A stretch of 63,478 nt of DNA, filler included, from Octopus bimaculoides (GCF_001194135.2; 8 parts of 7 records of this genome joined end to end with filler, not necessarily neighbours in it), one strand, 5' to 3'; positions 13,327 to 25,252 are shown, counted from the whole stretch's first letter. The notes: generated by a model not told the origin, from the sequence alone. Translations and numbers: made by a program.

Positions 13327-13360
13327 CATGTTAGACCTATTTGAAAACCAGGATGCTGAT
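13327..13360 (-). CDS. Candidate 34-nt exon (coding status uncertain)
   Basis: TTATTTTCTCATAG acceptor, ATG|GTATGC donor; open in phases 1 and 2. Confidence 0.25.
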
Positions 13361-13374
13361 CTATGAGAAAATAA

Positions 13375-13664
13375 CAAATAATAATAATAATAATTAATTC
13401 GTTTTATTGGCCACAAGGGCTAATATCAATTAAAAACATATAAGTACAAAGACAGGACGAAGGTTACAAAAGGTTTTGTCCGAAAAGGTAGGAAAGTTCG
13501 TCTAAACAGAGGAAGAAAACGGAGAAAGATATAATAAATAAATAGATAAATAAATAAGTAGAACTCCCAAAGGGGGAGGCGCTTCGAAAAAGGAAAGGTT
13601 ACACGTGGAAAAACCCATAAAACCACGGGAGCCTGGTCAGAAAAAAATAAGAAAGGGGTATAGA
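13375..13664 (-). mobile_element. Probable 3' end of a non-LTR retrotransposon (clade uncertain)
   Basis: Minus strand ends ...CCCTTGTGGCCAATAAAACGAATTAA(TTA)n, a polyA-signal-like motif plus simple tail; no protein evidence. Confidence 0.35.
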
Positions 13665-13708
13665 NNNNNNNNNNNNNNNNNNNNNNNNNNNNNNNNNNNN
13701 NNNNNNNN

Positions 13709-13720
13709 TTAATTAATTAA
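13709..13720. other. Artificial scaffold-gap linker TTAATTAATTAA (also at 22743, 47597, 51918, 55222, 59778, 61491)
   Basis: Identical palindromic 12-mer centred in N runs of about 44+44 bases seven times; contains TAA in all six frames. Confidence 0.95.
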
Positions 13721-14340
13721 NNNNNNNNNNNNNNNNNNNNNNNNNNNNNNNNNNNNNNNNNNNNTATATATATATATATATGTATGTATATTTATCTATA
13801 TATCATTCACTACAACATCTGTCTGTGTTTGGATTGTCTTTGCATAGGAGCCATCCAGACCCCCACCTTCACTGTGAACAGGAATTAATCTTCTCTCTTC
13901 GCTCCTTTGCACCATATGAGCTCAACTCTCTTCCTCTCCTTTCTTCATCTGACACCTACTTCGTCTCTTCACTCCTACCCGCATCTCCTCCTCTGATACC
14001 TACTTCCTCTCTTCATTCCTACCCACCTTCTCACCTCATTGATACCTCTCCACCTACACCCCTGCCCCACACCTCTTCACACACACTAGCACTGACCACT
14101 CCCCAGCATCCACACCACACACCATCATCTGCACTCACACACGCACACATTAGACGCACACACATAAAGTCACTAGCCCCTATCTACACACACACATGCA
14201 TGTGCACCTTCGTTTTGGGATCACCAATACTTTATTATCTCTCCTTCTTTCTACCTCTCCTGTCGAACCTTTTTTTCCCAACCATTCACCATGCTTGATC
14301 ACTAAATCGACACGTTTTTTTTTTATTCTCTCTCTCTTTT

Positions 14341-14735
14341 ACTCTTTTACTCGTTTCAGTCATTTGACTGTGGCCATGCTGGAGCACCACCTTTAGTCGA
14401 GCAAATCGACCCCAGGACTTATTCTTTGGAAGCCTAGTACTTATTCTATCAGTCTTTTTTGCCGAACTGCTAAGTTACGGGGGCATAAACACACCAGCAT
14501 CGGTTGTCAAGCGATGTTGGGGGGACAAATACAGACACACAAACATATACACAAACATACATATATATACATATATACGACGGGCTTCTTTCAGTTTCTG
14601 CCTACCAAATCCACTCACAAGGCTTTGGTCAGCCCGAGACTATAGTAGAAGACACTTGCCCAAGGTGCCATACAGTGGGACTGAACCCGGAACCATGTGG
14701 TTGGTAAGCAAGCTACTTACCACACAGCCACTCCT
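14341..14735 (-). mobile_element. Full-length SINE family A
   Basis: tRNA-like head (GTGGTAAGTAG A-box-like, GGTTCAGTCCC B-box-like), central microsatellite, TGACTGAAAC.AGTAAAAGAGT tail. Confidence 0.92.
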
Positions 14736-14749
14736 ATTTTCTCTTATTC

Positions 14750-14786
14750 CTTTCTGTTGAAGAGCGTAAGCTTGAAACATAAAAGA
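14750..14786 (+). ncRNA. Degenerate hammerhead-ribozyme-like motif in Penelope-like 3' region
   Basis: CTTT-CTGTTGA-A-GAGCGTAAGCTT-GAAAC-ATA-AAAG; stem I CTTT/AAAG, stem II GAGC/GCTT; core deviates from CTGANGA. Confidence 0.4.
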
Positions 14787-15587
14787 CTTTCTCACTTTCT
14801 CGAGTATCAAACTAATATACTGCTTGTTGTTTATACACCTGTGTTTGTCTTTTGTTTTTCTGTAAATTTTAACTATATATATATATATACATATATATTA
14901 GATAATAAAACGAATGGTTTATACCCGGTAGCTTACTAGTAAAGCACAATCACTTTTACTGTGTTTGTTATGAATCTGGTTAATGAGAGATGGAAGATGG
15001 AAAATACAAGAGTTTTTTTATTAATCACTACAGTTGTTTCAACACATCTAGCATTGATCCCAACTGGTGGGATACTTAACAACTGGTTCAGGAGCATCTG
15101 ATGGTTCAAATGTGTCTCTTTGGGTGATAAACAGATACAATTCGTTAAAATAAGAGTTCAGCACTGTATCTTCTCAGGTCTTGTGAAGAAAAGCTGCAGA
15201 TTAAAGGATATAGCTTCACTTATATACAAGATCAATAATAAAATAACAGATGTAAAAAAGAAAACAACACGCAAATCAGTAAAAAAAGCATTAAATATAA
15301 CTGTTAATGGATTTGGATTTATAAACACCTTTGCGTAGCTCGTATGACACACATACACTCACTCATACAAATAACCACAAAGATGTAAACATACGTACAC
15401 ATATGGTTTGGTGTACATACGTTCACATAACGAGTTAAATAGCTATTTGGTATTTATAAGAATGAGGAGATTAAAGCCAAATTTAATTCATTCATACCTT
15501 AAGGAGGATTACATTAATAATGGTAGATGTCTTGAAACAATTGTAGTGATTAATAAAAACTCTCATATCATCCATCTTCCATCAAGC

Positions 15588-15663
<76 letters not shown>

Positions 15664-16019
15664 GTATAAAAAGGAATTGTAGTTAAAGTGATGGAGGTGT
15701 GAGTGGTGATGTTAGACTATTTTGATATTTGAATATGCAGATGTAAGGATGGGTAGTATAATTTTTTGGTTTGATCTTAGTCACAGCAGGCATCCCTTCA
15801 ATGAATTCAGAAGTATCGGGTCAGCAAGTACAGCTATTCAGTTATTGGAGTTCAATGTCTGAGTTGACAAATGATATTTTCTTAAAATGTCCTTTTAATT
15901 ACTTTTGTTGATATAATGGTTTAACATATATAACATATGAAAATAGTGATTATTTATATGTTCTTCTCTTGTAAATTAATATGCTAAAGGCAGTTAGTGT
16001 TTTTCTGTTTCCTAATGTT

Positions 16020-17990
16020 TTTTTTTTTTTCAAATTCTAGGAATGATTCCTTGCTTTTATGCTTATATGATATAATAGCTTCAGAGTGTCTGTTAATTAT
16101 GATTTTTCTAGATGTGATGATCTTCAGGGTTTCATCTAAGCATAAATTGCACATTCATGGTTTCTATTTTGTATCTATCCTTCTATGTGTTGTGGTTCCT
16201 TTTTTCCATTTTTGTCCTTCTCATATTTACTGTTTTTCTAGGTCCTGGTATTCTGTGGTTATTTACAGGATTATTTCTACTATTAATAATGTTCCCTGGG
16301 TATTGAGCGTTCTCTGTCCTATTCTCTACATATACTATTCTATCCTTATATCCTGCCCTTGCTAGTGCTGATTTGTAGTATTTGGCATGCACTTTGAATA
16401 TCTGCTCGTCTGCGGATAGTCTAGATATTCTGTTATACATGATTCTCAGTATGTGTTCCAGATGGTTAGATATGTGGCTAGCATATTTTAAGCTTATGAA
16501 ACAGTTTGAACTTGTCAGTGTGCATACTCGACAGAGTGTAAGTACCTTGAGAGAAAAGTTGGACCTAAGAAGCATCAGTTGTGGTGTGCAAGAGAGACGA
16601 TTGTGCTGGTATGGTCATGTGGCAAGAATGGATGAGGATAGCTGTGTGAAAAAGTTCCACTCCCTAGCGGTTGAAGGAACCTGTGGAAGAGGTACACCCA
16701 GGAAGACCTGGGATGAGGTGGTGAAGCACGACCTTCAAACATTAGGCCTCACCGAGGCAATGACTAGTGACCGAGATCTTTGGAAATATGCAGTGTGGAG
16801 AAGACCCGGCAAGCCAGGGGAGACCATAATCCATGGCCTCTGCCAGGAGTGTAGTCAGCTCACTTATTCGTATCTTTACTTCATTGGACACTAAACTCTG
16901 CTTGCGAGGACCTGTTGAGGCAAGTGAAATCGAAATCAAACCAAATTCGATGACTGGCACCCATACCAACCTCTCCTTCATTGAACACTAAACTCTGCTT
17001 GCGAAGACCTGTTGGGGCAAGTGAAATCGAAATCGTAATTGAACCATATTCGATAACTGGCACCTGTGCCAGTGGAGCACTAACAGCACTATCCAAGCGT
17101 GATCATTGCCAGAGCAGCTGTTTGGCTTCCATGCTAGTGGCCCGTAAATAGCACCATTTGAGCATGATCGTTACCAGCGTCGCCTTACTGGCACTTGTGC
17201 CGGTGGCATGTTTAGAAATTCATTCGAAGAAGGTCGTTGCCAGTGCCATGTGACTGGCCCTCATGCCGGTGGCACATAAAAGCACCCACTATATTCTCGG
17301 AGTGATTGGCGTTAGGAAGGGCATCCAGCTGTAGAAACTCTGCCAGATCAGATTTGAGCTTGGTGTAGCCATGCGGTTCACCAGTCCTCAGTAAAATCGT
17401 CCAACCCATGCTACCATGGAAAGTGGGCGTTAAACGATGATAATGAGTGTTGAGGCTAAGCTTTATGTCTAGGAATTTTACCACTCTATGATTATTTTTC
17501 TATTTCTGTTTCTAATCCAAAGCTGTTAAAGAATTTTAAAAGATTTTTCTTACATCTTTTTATTTCTATATTACTACTTTTTTGTACTGTAATTAATGCA
17601 TTTTCTCCATATAATGTGCTATTTCCCCCACTTTGGTATTCTATTTGCAAATAATAAGTATGTTCCCACTCTATCCATTACTTGTGACAAGTCACTAGAC
17701 CCCATTGTTATATTGAATGAATTTTCCCTGTCCGACCAGGTCAAAAATTTACCTCTCTATTCTATTACAGTGCTTCTAGCCACTAAAATCATATATATTT
17801 CGTCTCTAGTGAGGTCAAAGTTACTTTTTGTGACTAATAATTTCTTATTTAATACAATTGGGTTTATGGACTGGTAGTAGTTTAATATTTCTAGGTGCAC
17901 AAATTTGGTCTTGATTTTGTACCCCAGGTTTGCAAACCATGTAGGAGCTTTTTGTGCATATCCAAATTGCTTCCTGTAAATGAACATAAA
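16020..17990 (-). mobile_element. Penelope-like element (RT to GIY-YIG), decayed, internally deleted, split by an RTE insertion
   Basis: YYQSINPIVLNK...ILVARST; FNITMGSSDLSQVMDRVGTYLL; VKFLDIKLSLNT; SNHLEHILRIMYNRISRLSADEQIF...YKSALARAGY; CNLCLDETLKII...NRHSE...YKHK: PLE motifs in the expected order. Confidence 0.88.
16514..17445 (+). mobile_element. 5'-truncated RTE-clade LINE (RT C-terminus plus full 3' UTR)
   Basis: VQERRLCWYGHVARMDEDSCVKK...GRGTPRKTWDEVVKHDL...DRDLWKYAV, then the same 3' UTR as 1-329 and a (GAT)-type tail. Confidence 0.93.
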
Positions 17991-18369
17991 GGATCTGTCT
18001 GTCTATCTGTCTGTCTCTCGGCATATATACACCCCCACATATATACATACATATATANNNNNNNNNNNNNNNNNNNNNNNNNNNNNNNNNNNNNNNNNNN
18101 NNNNNNNNNNNNNNNNNNNNNNNNNNNNNNNNNNNNNNNNNNNNNNNNNNNNNNNNNNNNNNNNNNNNNNNNNNNNNNNNNNNNNNNNNNNNNNNNNNNN
18201 NNNNNNNNNNNNNNNNNNNNNNNNNNNNNNNNNNNNNNNNNNNNNNNNNNNNNNNNNNNNNNNNNNNNNNNNNNNNNNNNNNNNNNNNNNNNNNNNNNNN
18301 NNNNNNNNNNNNNNNNNNNNNNNNNNNNNNNNNNNNNNNNNNNNNNNNNNNNNNNNNNNNNNNNNNNNT

Positions 18370-18855
18370 ATGTTTGTGACATATTTCAACTTCTGAAGGC
18401 AAATTCACTGAAGGTTACCATGGAGAAATTTTCTTTCTTATGTTTAAAGGTATAAAAGCACCATATTAGCCCAGTGTTGCCATCTCTCAGATTCCTAGAT
18501 GCAGTACTTCTAGGTCTTTAGCCTTCCTTAATGAGATTTACGAAAGTAAGGTAACTCTAGACAACTGTTAAGCTGTAGCTTTAGTTTAAAAAAACAGTCA
18601 TCAACATTGACTGAGTTGCATTAATGGACCACCTGCTCAAGATAAATTCAGTAGTTTCAGTGCCAAGCACTGATTTCCCACTTAGGAAGGCTAAAGAGCC
18701 AGAAACATTGCGTCTGGGGAGATATGGTGTTTTTACACTTTTTACCATAAGAGAGAATTTTTCTCCACAACAACTGCAGTGAATTTACCTTTAAAAGTTG
18801 AAATGTATAACAAACATATTTTAACTAGCCGAAAGTTTGCTTATGCCCAATCACT
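18370..18855. mobile_element. Non-autonomous element with about 95-bp or longer inverted arms (left end lost in gap)
   Basis: 18370-18465 is the reverse complement of 18720-18815; the same arm recurs at about 50058 and 50430. Confidence 0.65.
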
Positions 18856-19080
18856 GACAAGATCTATGCCCAACAACTGCAAGTGACTTCCACATAAAAA
18901 GTGACACCGACAGGATCTATGTTAATCAAAGAAATGGAAGCAGAGGCATAAGGTCAGTCCAAACATCCTTTGAGGGCTGCATCATAATACGTACTGAACA
19001 GTAAAAAGAGAAACAAGTACATCATGTGTATCCTCAACAGTAAAGATGATAATACAAGATTAAGCAAAGATCTCTTGAAC
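18856..19080 (+). mobile_element. R4/Dong-like non-LTR fragment
   Basis: DFHIKSDTDRIYVNQRNGSRGIRSVQTSFE; homologous to the 9035-9150 part of the 8545-9180 fragment. Confidence 0.7.
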
Positions 19081-19689
19081 AGGTACTTTAAGTATACAGC
19101 TGTATGGGCATAAAATATGAGATACTTATAGGTGTTTGAGAAATGCTATCTAATTAGGGACAGGAAGCTTCTAGTGATATTTGTTGGGACATCTACAAGA
19201 ATAGAGGCTTAAACTAGATTACATTTTTCTTTCTAACTCTCTTTAGATTTGGGCTGAGAGGGAAGATTCTACTAACTTTTAGTGAAATCACCCCTTGCTA
19301 GTGCATCATTATAATGGAGTGTGTTGAAGATCTCTCTGCCTATAAATTGTCTAATGCAGATGCCAATGACTAGATTTCTAATTACAGCTGGGGTGGAGTT
19401 TCTATGAATATAGGTAGCTTCCATGCAAGGAGTGACAAACATATTCACCACCTTAAAAACAAATTTACCAGTCCTATTGCAAAGTCCTATTTGTTACTAA
19501 ACACAATATCATCGTAAATACTGTTATCCTACCTGAACAAGCAGAATTATAGATAGTATTGACTGTGACTATTCTGATTATAGAATAATGTGTGTGTGTG
19601 TGTGTGTGTACATGTGTGTGTACATGTGTGTGTACATGTGTGTATGTGTGTGTACATGGGGTTGTGAGTGTTAGGTATATATGTATATG

Positions 19690-19726
<37 letters not shown>

Positions 19727-21656
19727 NNNNNNNNNNNNNNNNNNNNNNNNNNNNNNNNNNNNNNNNNNNNNNNNNNNNNNNNNNNNNNNNNNNNNNNNNN
19801 NNNNNNNNNNNNNNNNNNNNNNNNNNNNNNNNNNNNNNNNNNNNNNNNNNNNNNNNNNNNNNNNNNNNNNNNNNNNNNNNNNNNNNNNNNNNNNNNNNNN
19901 NNNNNNNNNNNNNNNNNNNNNNNNNNNNNNNNNNNNNNNNNNNNNNNNNNNNNNNNNNNNNNNNNNNNNNNNNNNNNNNNNNNNNNNNNNNNNNNNNNNN
20001 NNNNNNNNNNNNNNNNNNNNNNNNNNNNNNNNNNNNNNNNNNNNNNNNNNNNNNNNNNNNNNNNNNNNNNNNNNNNNNNNNNNNNNNNNNNNNNNNNNNN
20101 NNNNNNNNNNNNNNNNNNNNNNNNNNNNNNNNNNNNNNNNNNNNNNNNNNNNNNNNNNNNNNNNNNNNNNNNNNNNNNNNNNNNNNNNNNNNNNNNNNNN
20201 NNNNNNNNNNNNNNNNNNNNNNNNNNNNNNNNNNNNNNNNNNNNNNNNNNNNNNNNNNNNNNNNNNNNNNNNNNNNNNNNNNNNNNNNNNNNNNNNNNNN
20301 NNNNNNNNNNNNNNNNNNNNNNNNNNNNNNNNNNNNNNNNNNNNNNNNNNNNNNNNNNNNNNNNNNNNNNNNNNNNNNNNNNNNNNNNNNNNNNNNNNNN
20401 NNNNNNNNNNNNNNNNNNNNNNNNNNNNNNNNNNNNNNNNNNNNNNNNNNNNNNNNNNNNNNNNNNNNNNNNNNNNNNNNNNNNNNNNNNNNNNNNNNNN
20501 NNNNNNNNNNNNNNNNNNNNNNNNNNNNNNNNNNNNNNNNNNNNNNNNNTTTTTGTGCGTGCGTGTGTTTGTGTGTATGTGTATGTTGTGTATATGTGCG
20601 TTGCTGTGTACGTGTGTGTGGGTGCGTTTGCTATTGTACGTGCGTGTGTTGTTTATGCCCATGTGTGTGTGATTGTATGCGTGTCTGTGTGAGTGTGTTG
20701 TGTTGGTGAGAAGTGTGCGTGCGTGTGTATGTGTATGTGGGTGTGTGCGTGTGTATGTGTGTGGATGTGCGTGTGTGTGGGATTGTGATGTGTGTGGGGT
20801 TGTGAGTGTTAGGTACGGGAGCGTGTGTGTTTATGTGTGTGTGAGAGCGTAAGGATGTGTGCCAAGTTTGTGTGTTATTTTGTGTGTGCACTCCTGTGTG
20901 TGTGTGTGTGCATATGTATGCGGCTGTGTATGTACGTGTATGTAGGCGTGCGCGTATATATGGGTGTGTGTGTGTGTCTGTGTGTGTATAGGGCTGTGTA
21001 AGGTGTGTGTCTCTACCNNNNNNNNNNNNNNNNNNNNNNNNNNNNNNNNNNNNNNNNNNNNNNNNNNNNNNNNNNNNNNNNNNNNNNNNNNNNNNNNNNN
21101 NNNNNNNNNNNNNNNNNNNNNNNNNNNNNNNNNNNNNNNNNNNNNNNNNNNNNNNNNNNNNNNNNNNNNNNNNNNNNNNNNNNNNNNNNNNNNNNNNNNN
21201 NNNNNNNNNNNNNNNNNNNNNNNNNNNNNNNNNNNNNNNNNNNNNNNNNNNNNNNNNNNNNNNNNNNNNNNNNNNNNNNNNNNNNNNNNNNNNNNNNNNN
21301 NNNNNNNNNNNNNNNNNNNNNNNNNNNNNNNNNNNNNNNNNNNNNNNNNNNNNNNNNNNNNNNNNNNNNNNNNNNNNNNNNNNNNNNNNNNNNNNNNNNN
21401 NNNNNNNNNNNNNNNNNNNNNNNNNNNNNNNNNNNNNNNNNNNNNNNNNNNNNNNNNNNNNNNNNNNNNNNNNNNNNNNNNNNNNNNNNNNNNNNNNNNN
21501 NNNNNNNNNNNNNNNNNNNNNNNNNNNNNNNNNNNNNNNNNNNNNNNNNNNNNNNNNNNNNNNNNNNNNNNNNNNNNNNNNNNNNNNNNNNNNNNNNNNN
21601 NNNNNNNNNNNNNNNNNNNNNNNNNNNNNNNNNNNNNNNNNNNNNNNNNNNNNNNN

Positions 21657-21812
21657 ACATACAGGACATCACCAACAAGTGAAAAATACATAAACACACA
21701 AGAGATAGGTACAGGACAAAATACCAAAATGCACAATAAGTACAGGACATCACCAACAAATGAAAACTACGTATACACATAATGAGAGAAAAGTATGGGA
21801 CAAAATACCAAA
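21657..21812. repeat. Tandem repeat, about 82-bp unit, two copies visible beside a gap
   Basis: ACAGGACATCACCAACAA...GGACAAAATACCAAAA occurs twice. Confidence 0.75.
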
Positions 21813-22411
21813 AGAAGTCTAACTCCTCAGTTGTCAACTATTTATTACTCCCTATTTCGAGCTTTCAGTGACAAGATAGGAGAACTTCATGAGACAGCAG
21901 TATCCAGAAATTTTAAGAATATAAAATTTGTGCACAGCTAAGGTTTCAAATGAACACACAACAACAGAGTGGACGTACAGAGTAAACACTTCACGAAGAC
22001 AAAAATTAAGGGCCGTTAAGCCAAGATGAATTGTAATGGGTAACACCAGGGAGAAATTTTAAAAGGATATAGAATAAATAGAAGAGAAGAAAATAGTAGA
22101 AGAGAAAAAATGTTGGGAGGTAAGAGAAATGATGTCTAGCTAGGTGTACGTCTGGTCCAGAAAAGACAGAGGCAAGAGAAAAATGGCCTGTAGTCACATG
22201 TGACCAACAGGCAGAGAGGCAGGGGGACAGGAGAGAGGAGAGGGAGTGGGAAAGGAGAAGGAATGAAAGATAGTAGGGAGTGGAAGAAAGACAGAGGACA
22301 GTGAAAAAGGACAGGGAGAAACAGAAAATAAAGAGGATTATAGAGGAATAGAGAGAAGGAAAGAAAACAGAGTGTGCGGAGTCACAGAAATCCGTATATA
22401 TATAAGGCAGG

Positions 22412-22452
<41 letters not shown>

Positions 22453-23540
22453 TGATTGTACTTTATGCACGTCCACAAATTCGCACGCATGTCGCTCCAA
22501 TTTTAGGAGGAGATTCGGAATGACCCTATCTGCATTTTTGTCAACTTTTTCTCTCAGAGGCACCTGCGTATATCTGTAAAAATCGATAAACTTTTACCAA
22601 TTTTGAAGTTTGTTGACACGGTGAAGTCAAATCTGTGCATACGCGCGTGAAGGAGAGAGAGAGAGAGACAGACAGACAGAAGACAGACAGACAGATAGNN
22701 NNNNNNNNNNNNNNNNNNNNNNNNNNNNNNNNNNNNNNNNNNTTAATTAATTAANNNNNNNNNNNNNNNNNNNNNNNNNNNNNNNNNNNNNNNNNNNNAT
22801 GTGTGCGTGTGTGTGCATCGTCGTGAGAAGCACGAAGAGGGCTTGAGTGTGGAGGCATCTATGTGTGAGTTTGTGTGTGTGTGTGCGTGTGTGTGTGTGT
22901 GTGTGCCTGCATTTGTGCGTGTGTGTATCTGTGTGTGTGTGTGTGTGTGTGTGTATCTGTGTGTGTGTGTGTGTATGTATGTGTGTGTGCTTCGATGCGT
23001 CCGTTTCTACGTGTGTGCTTGCACACACATAATCCCCTTCATAGGTCTTTACATGAACATAAACATACGCATGTACACAGACGCACACAGACACACAGAC
23101 GTACACAGACACAAACACACACACACACACATGGATTATATGTGTGCGTGTGCGTGTGTGTGTGTGTGCATGTGTGTGTATGTGCCTGTTGCTCCGTATA
23201 CGCTAGTTCACTTGTATATACATATACGTACATGCGTGCGTATATATATATATATATGCACACACATATATATATATATATATATACACATATATATATA
23301 TACACATATACATATATATATACACACATATATATACGTATATATACATATATATACATATATATACATATATATACATATATATATATACATATATATA
23401 TACGTATATATATACATATATATATACATATATATATACATATATATACATATATATACATATATACATATATATATATATATACATATATATGTATATA
23501 TATATACACATACACATACAAACATATACAAATATACATA

Positions 23541-23593
<53 letters not shown>

Positions 23594-24301
23594 NNNNNNN
23601 NNNNNNNNNNNNNNNNNNNNNNNNNNNNNNNNNNNNNNNNNNNNNNNNNNNNNNNNNNNNNNNNNNNNNNNNNNNNNNNNNNNNNNNNNNNNNNNNNNNN
23701 NNNNNNNNNNNNNNNNNNNNNNNNNNNNNNNNNNNNNNNNNNNNNNNNNNNNNNNNNNNNNNNNNNNNNNNNNNNNNNNNNNNNNNNNNNNNNNNNNNNN
23801 NNNNNNNNNNNNNNNNNNNNNNNNNNNNNNNNNNNNNNNNNNNNNNNNNNNNNNNNNNNNNNNNNNNNNNNNNNNNNNNNNNNNNNNNNNNNNNNNNNNN
23901 NNNNNNNNNNNNNNNNNNNNNNNNNNNNNNNNNNNNNNNNNNNNNNNNNNNNNNNNNNNNNNNNNNNNNNNNNNNNNNNNNNNNNNNNNNNNNNNNNNNN
24001 NNNNNNNNNNNNNNNNNNNNNNNNNNNNNNNNNNNNNNNNNNNNNNNNNNNNNNNNNNNNNNNNNNNNNNNNNNNNNNNNNNNNNNNNNNNNNNNNNNNN
24101 NNNNNNNNNNNNNNNNNNNNNNNNNNNNNNNNNNNNNNNNNNNNNNNNNNNNNNNNNNNNNNNNNNNNNNNNNNNNNNNNNNNNNNNNNNNNNNNNNNNN
24201 NNNNNNNNNNNNNNNNNNNNNNNNNNNNNNNNNNNNNNNNNNNNNNNNNNNNNNNNNNNNNNNNNNNNNNNNNNNNNNNNNNNNNNNNNNNNNNNNNNNN
24301 N

Positions 24302-24512
24302 CACTCCCACCTCTACCACTACCACTTCCACCACCATGACACTCCCACTCCCCTCCACCACCAACACTCCCTCTCAGACTCTCACCATCGCTTCCACCAC
24401 CACCACCACCACCACCACCACCACAGATACTCCGACCTCCACCTCCACTACCACTCCCACCACCAATCATCACTAACACTCTCACTCCTACCACCACCAC
24501 TACCACCACCTC
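24302..24512. repeat. Degenerate (ACC)n trinucleotide repeat
   Basis: Direct inspection. Confidence 0.85.
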
Positions 24513-25164
24513 TAATAGGCTGACCCGCTCCTCCCCAACAACTCTCTCTCTCTCTCTCTCTCTCCCACCATCACCAGCAGCATTACAGCCTGGAGTAAAG
24601 AAAGCGCGACAACAACAAAAGCTTTATCATCATCAGACGGCATCAATCAGTGACGGAGTGTGTGGTGGTTTGGTGTGGTGTTCGGTATATGGTGTGGTGT
24701 ATACTATATGGTGTTGTCTATGGTGTGGTATGTATGAAAAGACATCGATGCCGTCGTCCCAGACGGTCAGTAGAGTCTGCGCTCAGATATTCACTGGAGC
24801 AGCCGACACCACCATGTGTCTTCACTGCACGCTAACATTTACTAGCAGACTGGCTTTCATCGTTTTACTTTATGTATCTTTACCAATACTTTTCTATCCT
24901 CTTAATGTCGAGGCTGTTTTATCCAGAGAAAAGGTCAGTTTTATCTATCTTTTTTCATTAATAATTCACATCATAACTTAAACTCTTTCGTTTTTGCTTT
25001 TTATTTCAAAATTTCACTACATCTTTTTCTACCAATAATTTTGCCTGATTCCTTCCTTTCTTGCAATTTTAATTGCTTTTCAAAAAATATATATTTGTTT
25101 TTTTTCGCTCTTTATTCGTTTTAATCTTTTTCTGTTTTGTTTTGTACTTTAGTTACATTTTTGG

Positions 25165-25195
<31 letters not shown>

Positions 25196-25252
25196 CTTCT
25201 TCTTCTTCTTCTTCTTCTTCTTCTTCTTCTTCTTCTTCTTCTTCTTCTTCTT
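25165..25252. repeat. (TTC)n microsatellite
   Basis: Direct inspection. Confidence 0.97.

Larger units (their letters stand above)
13795..14872 (+). mobile_element. Penelope-like element 3' end (GIY-YIG C-terminus plus 3' region), interrupted by a SINE
   Basis: QHLSVFGLSLHR...EQELIFSLRSFAPYELN resembles the PLE endonuclease end; downstream CACCTTCGTTTTGGGATCACC and GAAGAGCGTA.GCT.GAAAC are shared with 55300-55820. Confidence 0.7.

Noticed and set aside
13709-13720. Recurrent TTAATTAATTAA as a biological motif or piggyBac target
   Set aside because: Always centred in N runs of fixed length; assembly artefact
15076-15117. 42-nt minus-strand exon candidate (DTFEPSDAPEPVV)
   Set aside because: Weak acceptor and directly adjacent to a dispersed-repeat arm; may be part of that repeat
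24302-24512. Thr/Pro/His-rich mucin-like ORFs (also 43737-44271)
   Set aside because: Trinucleotide repeats open in several frames on both strands, with no splice or start context
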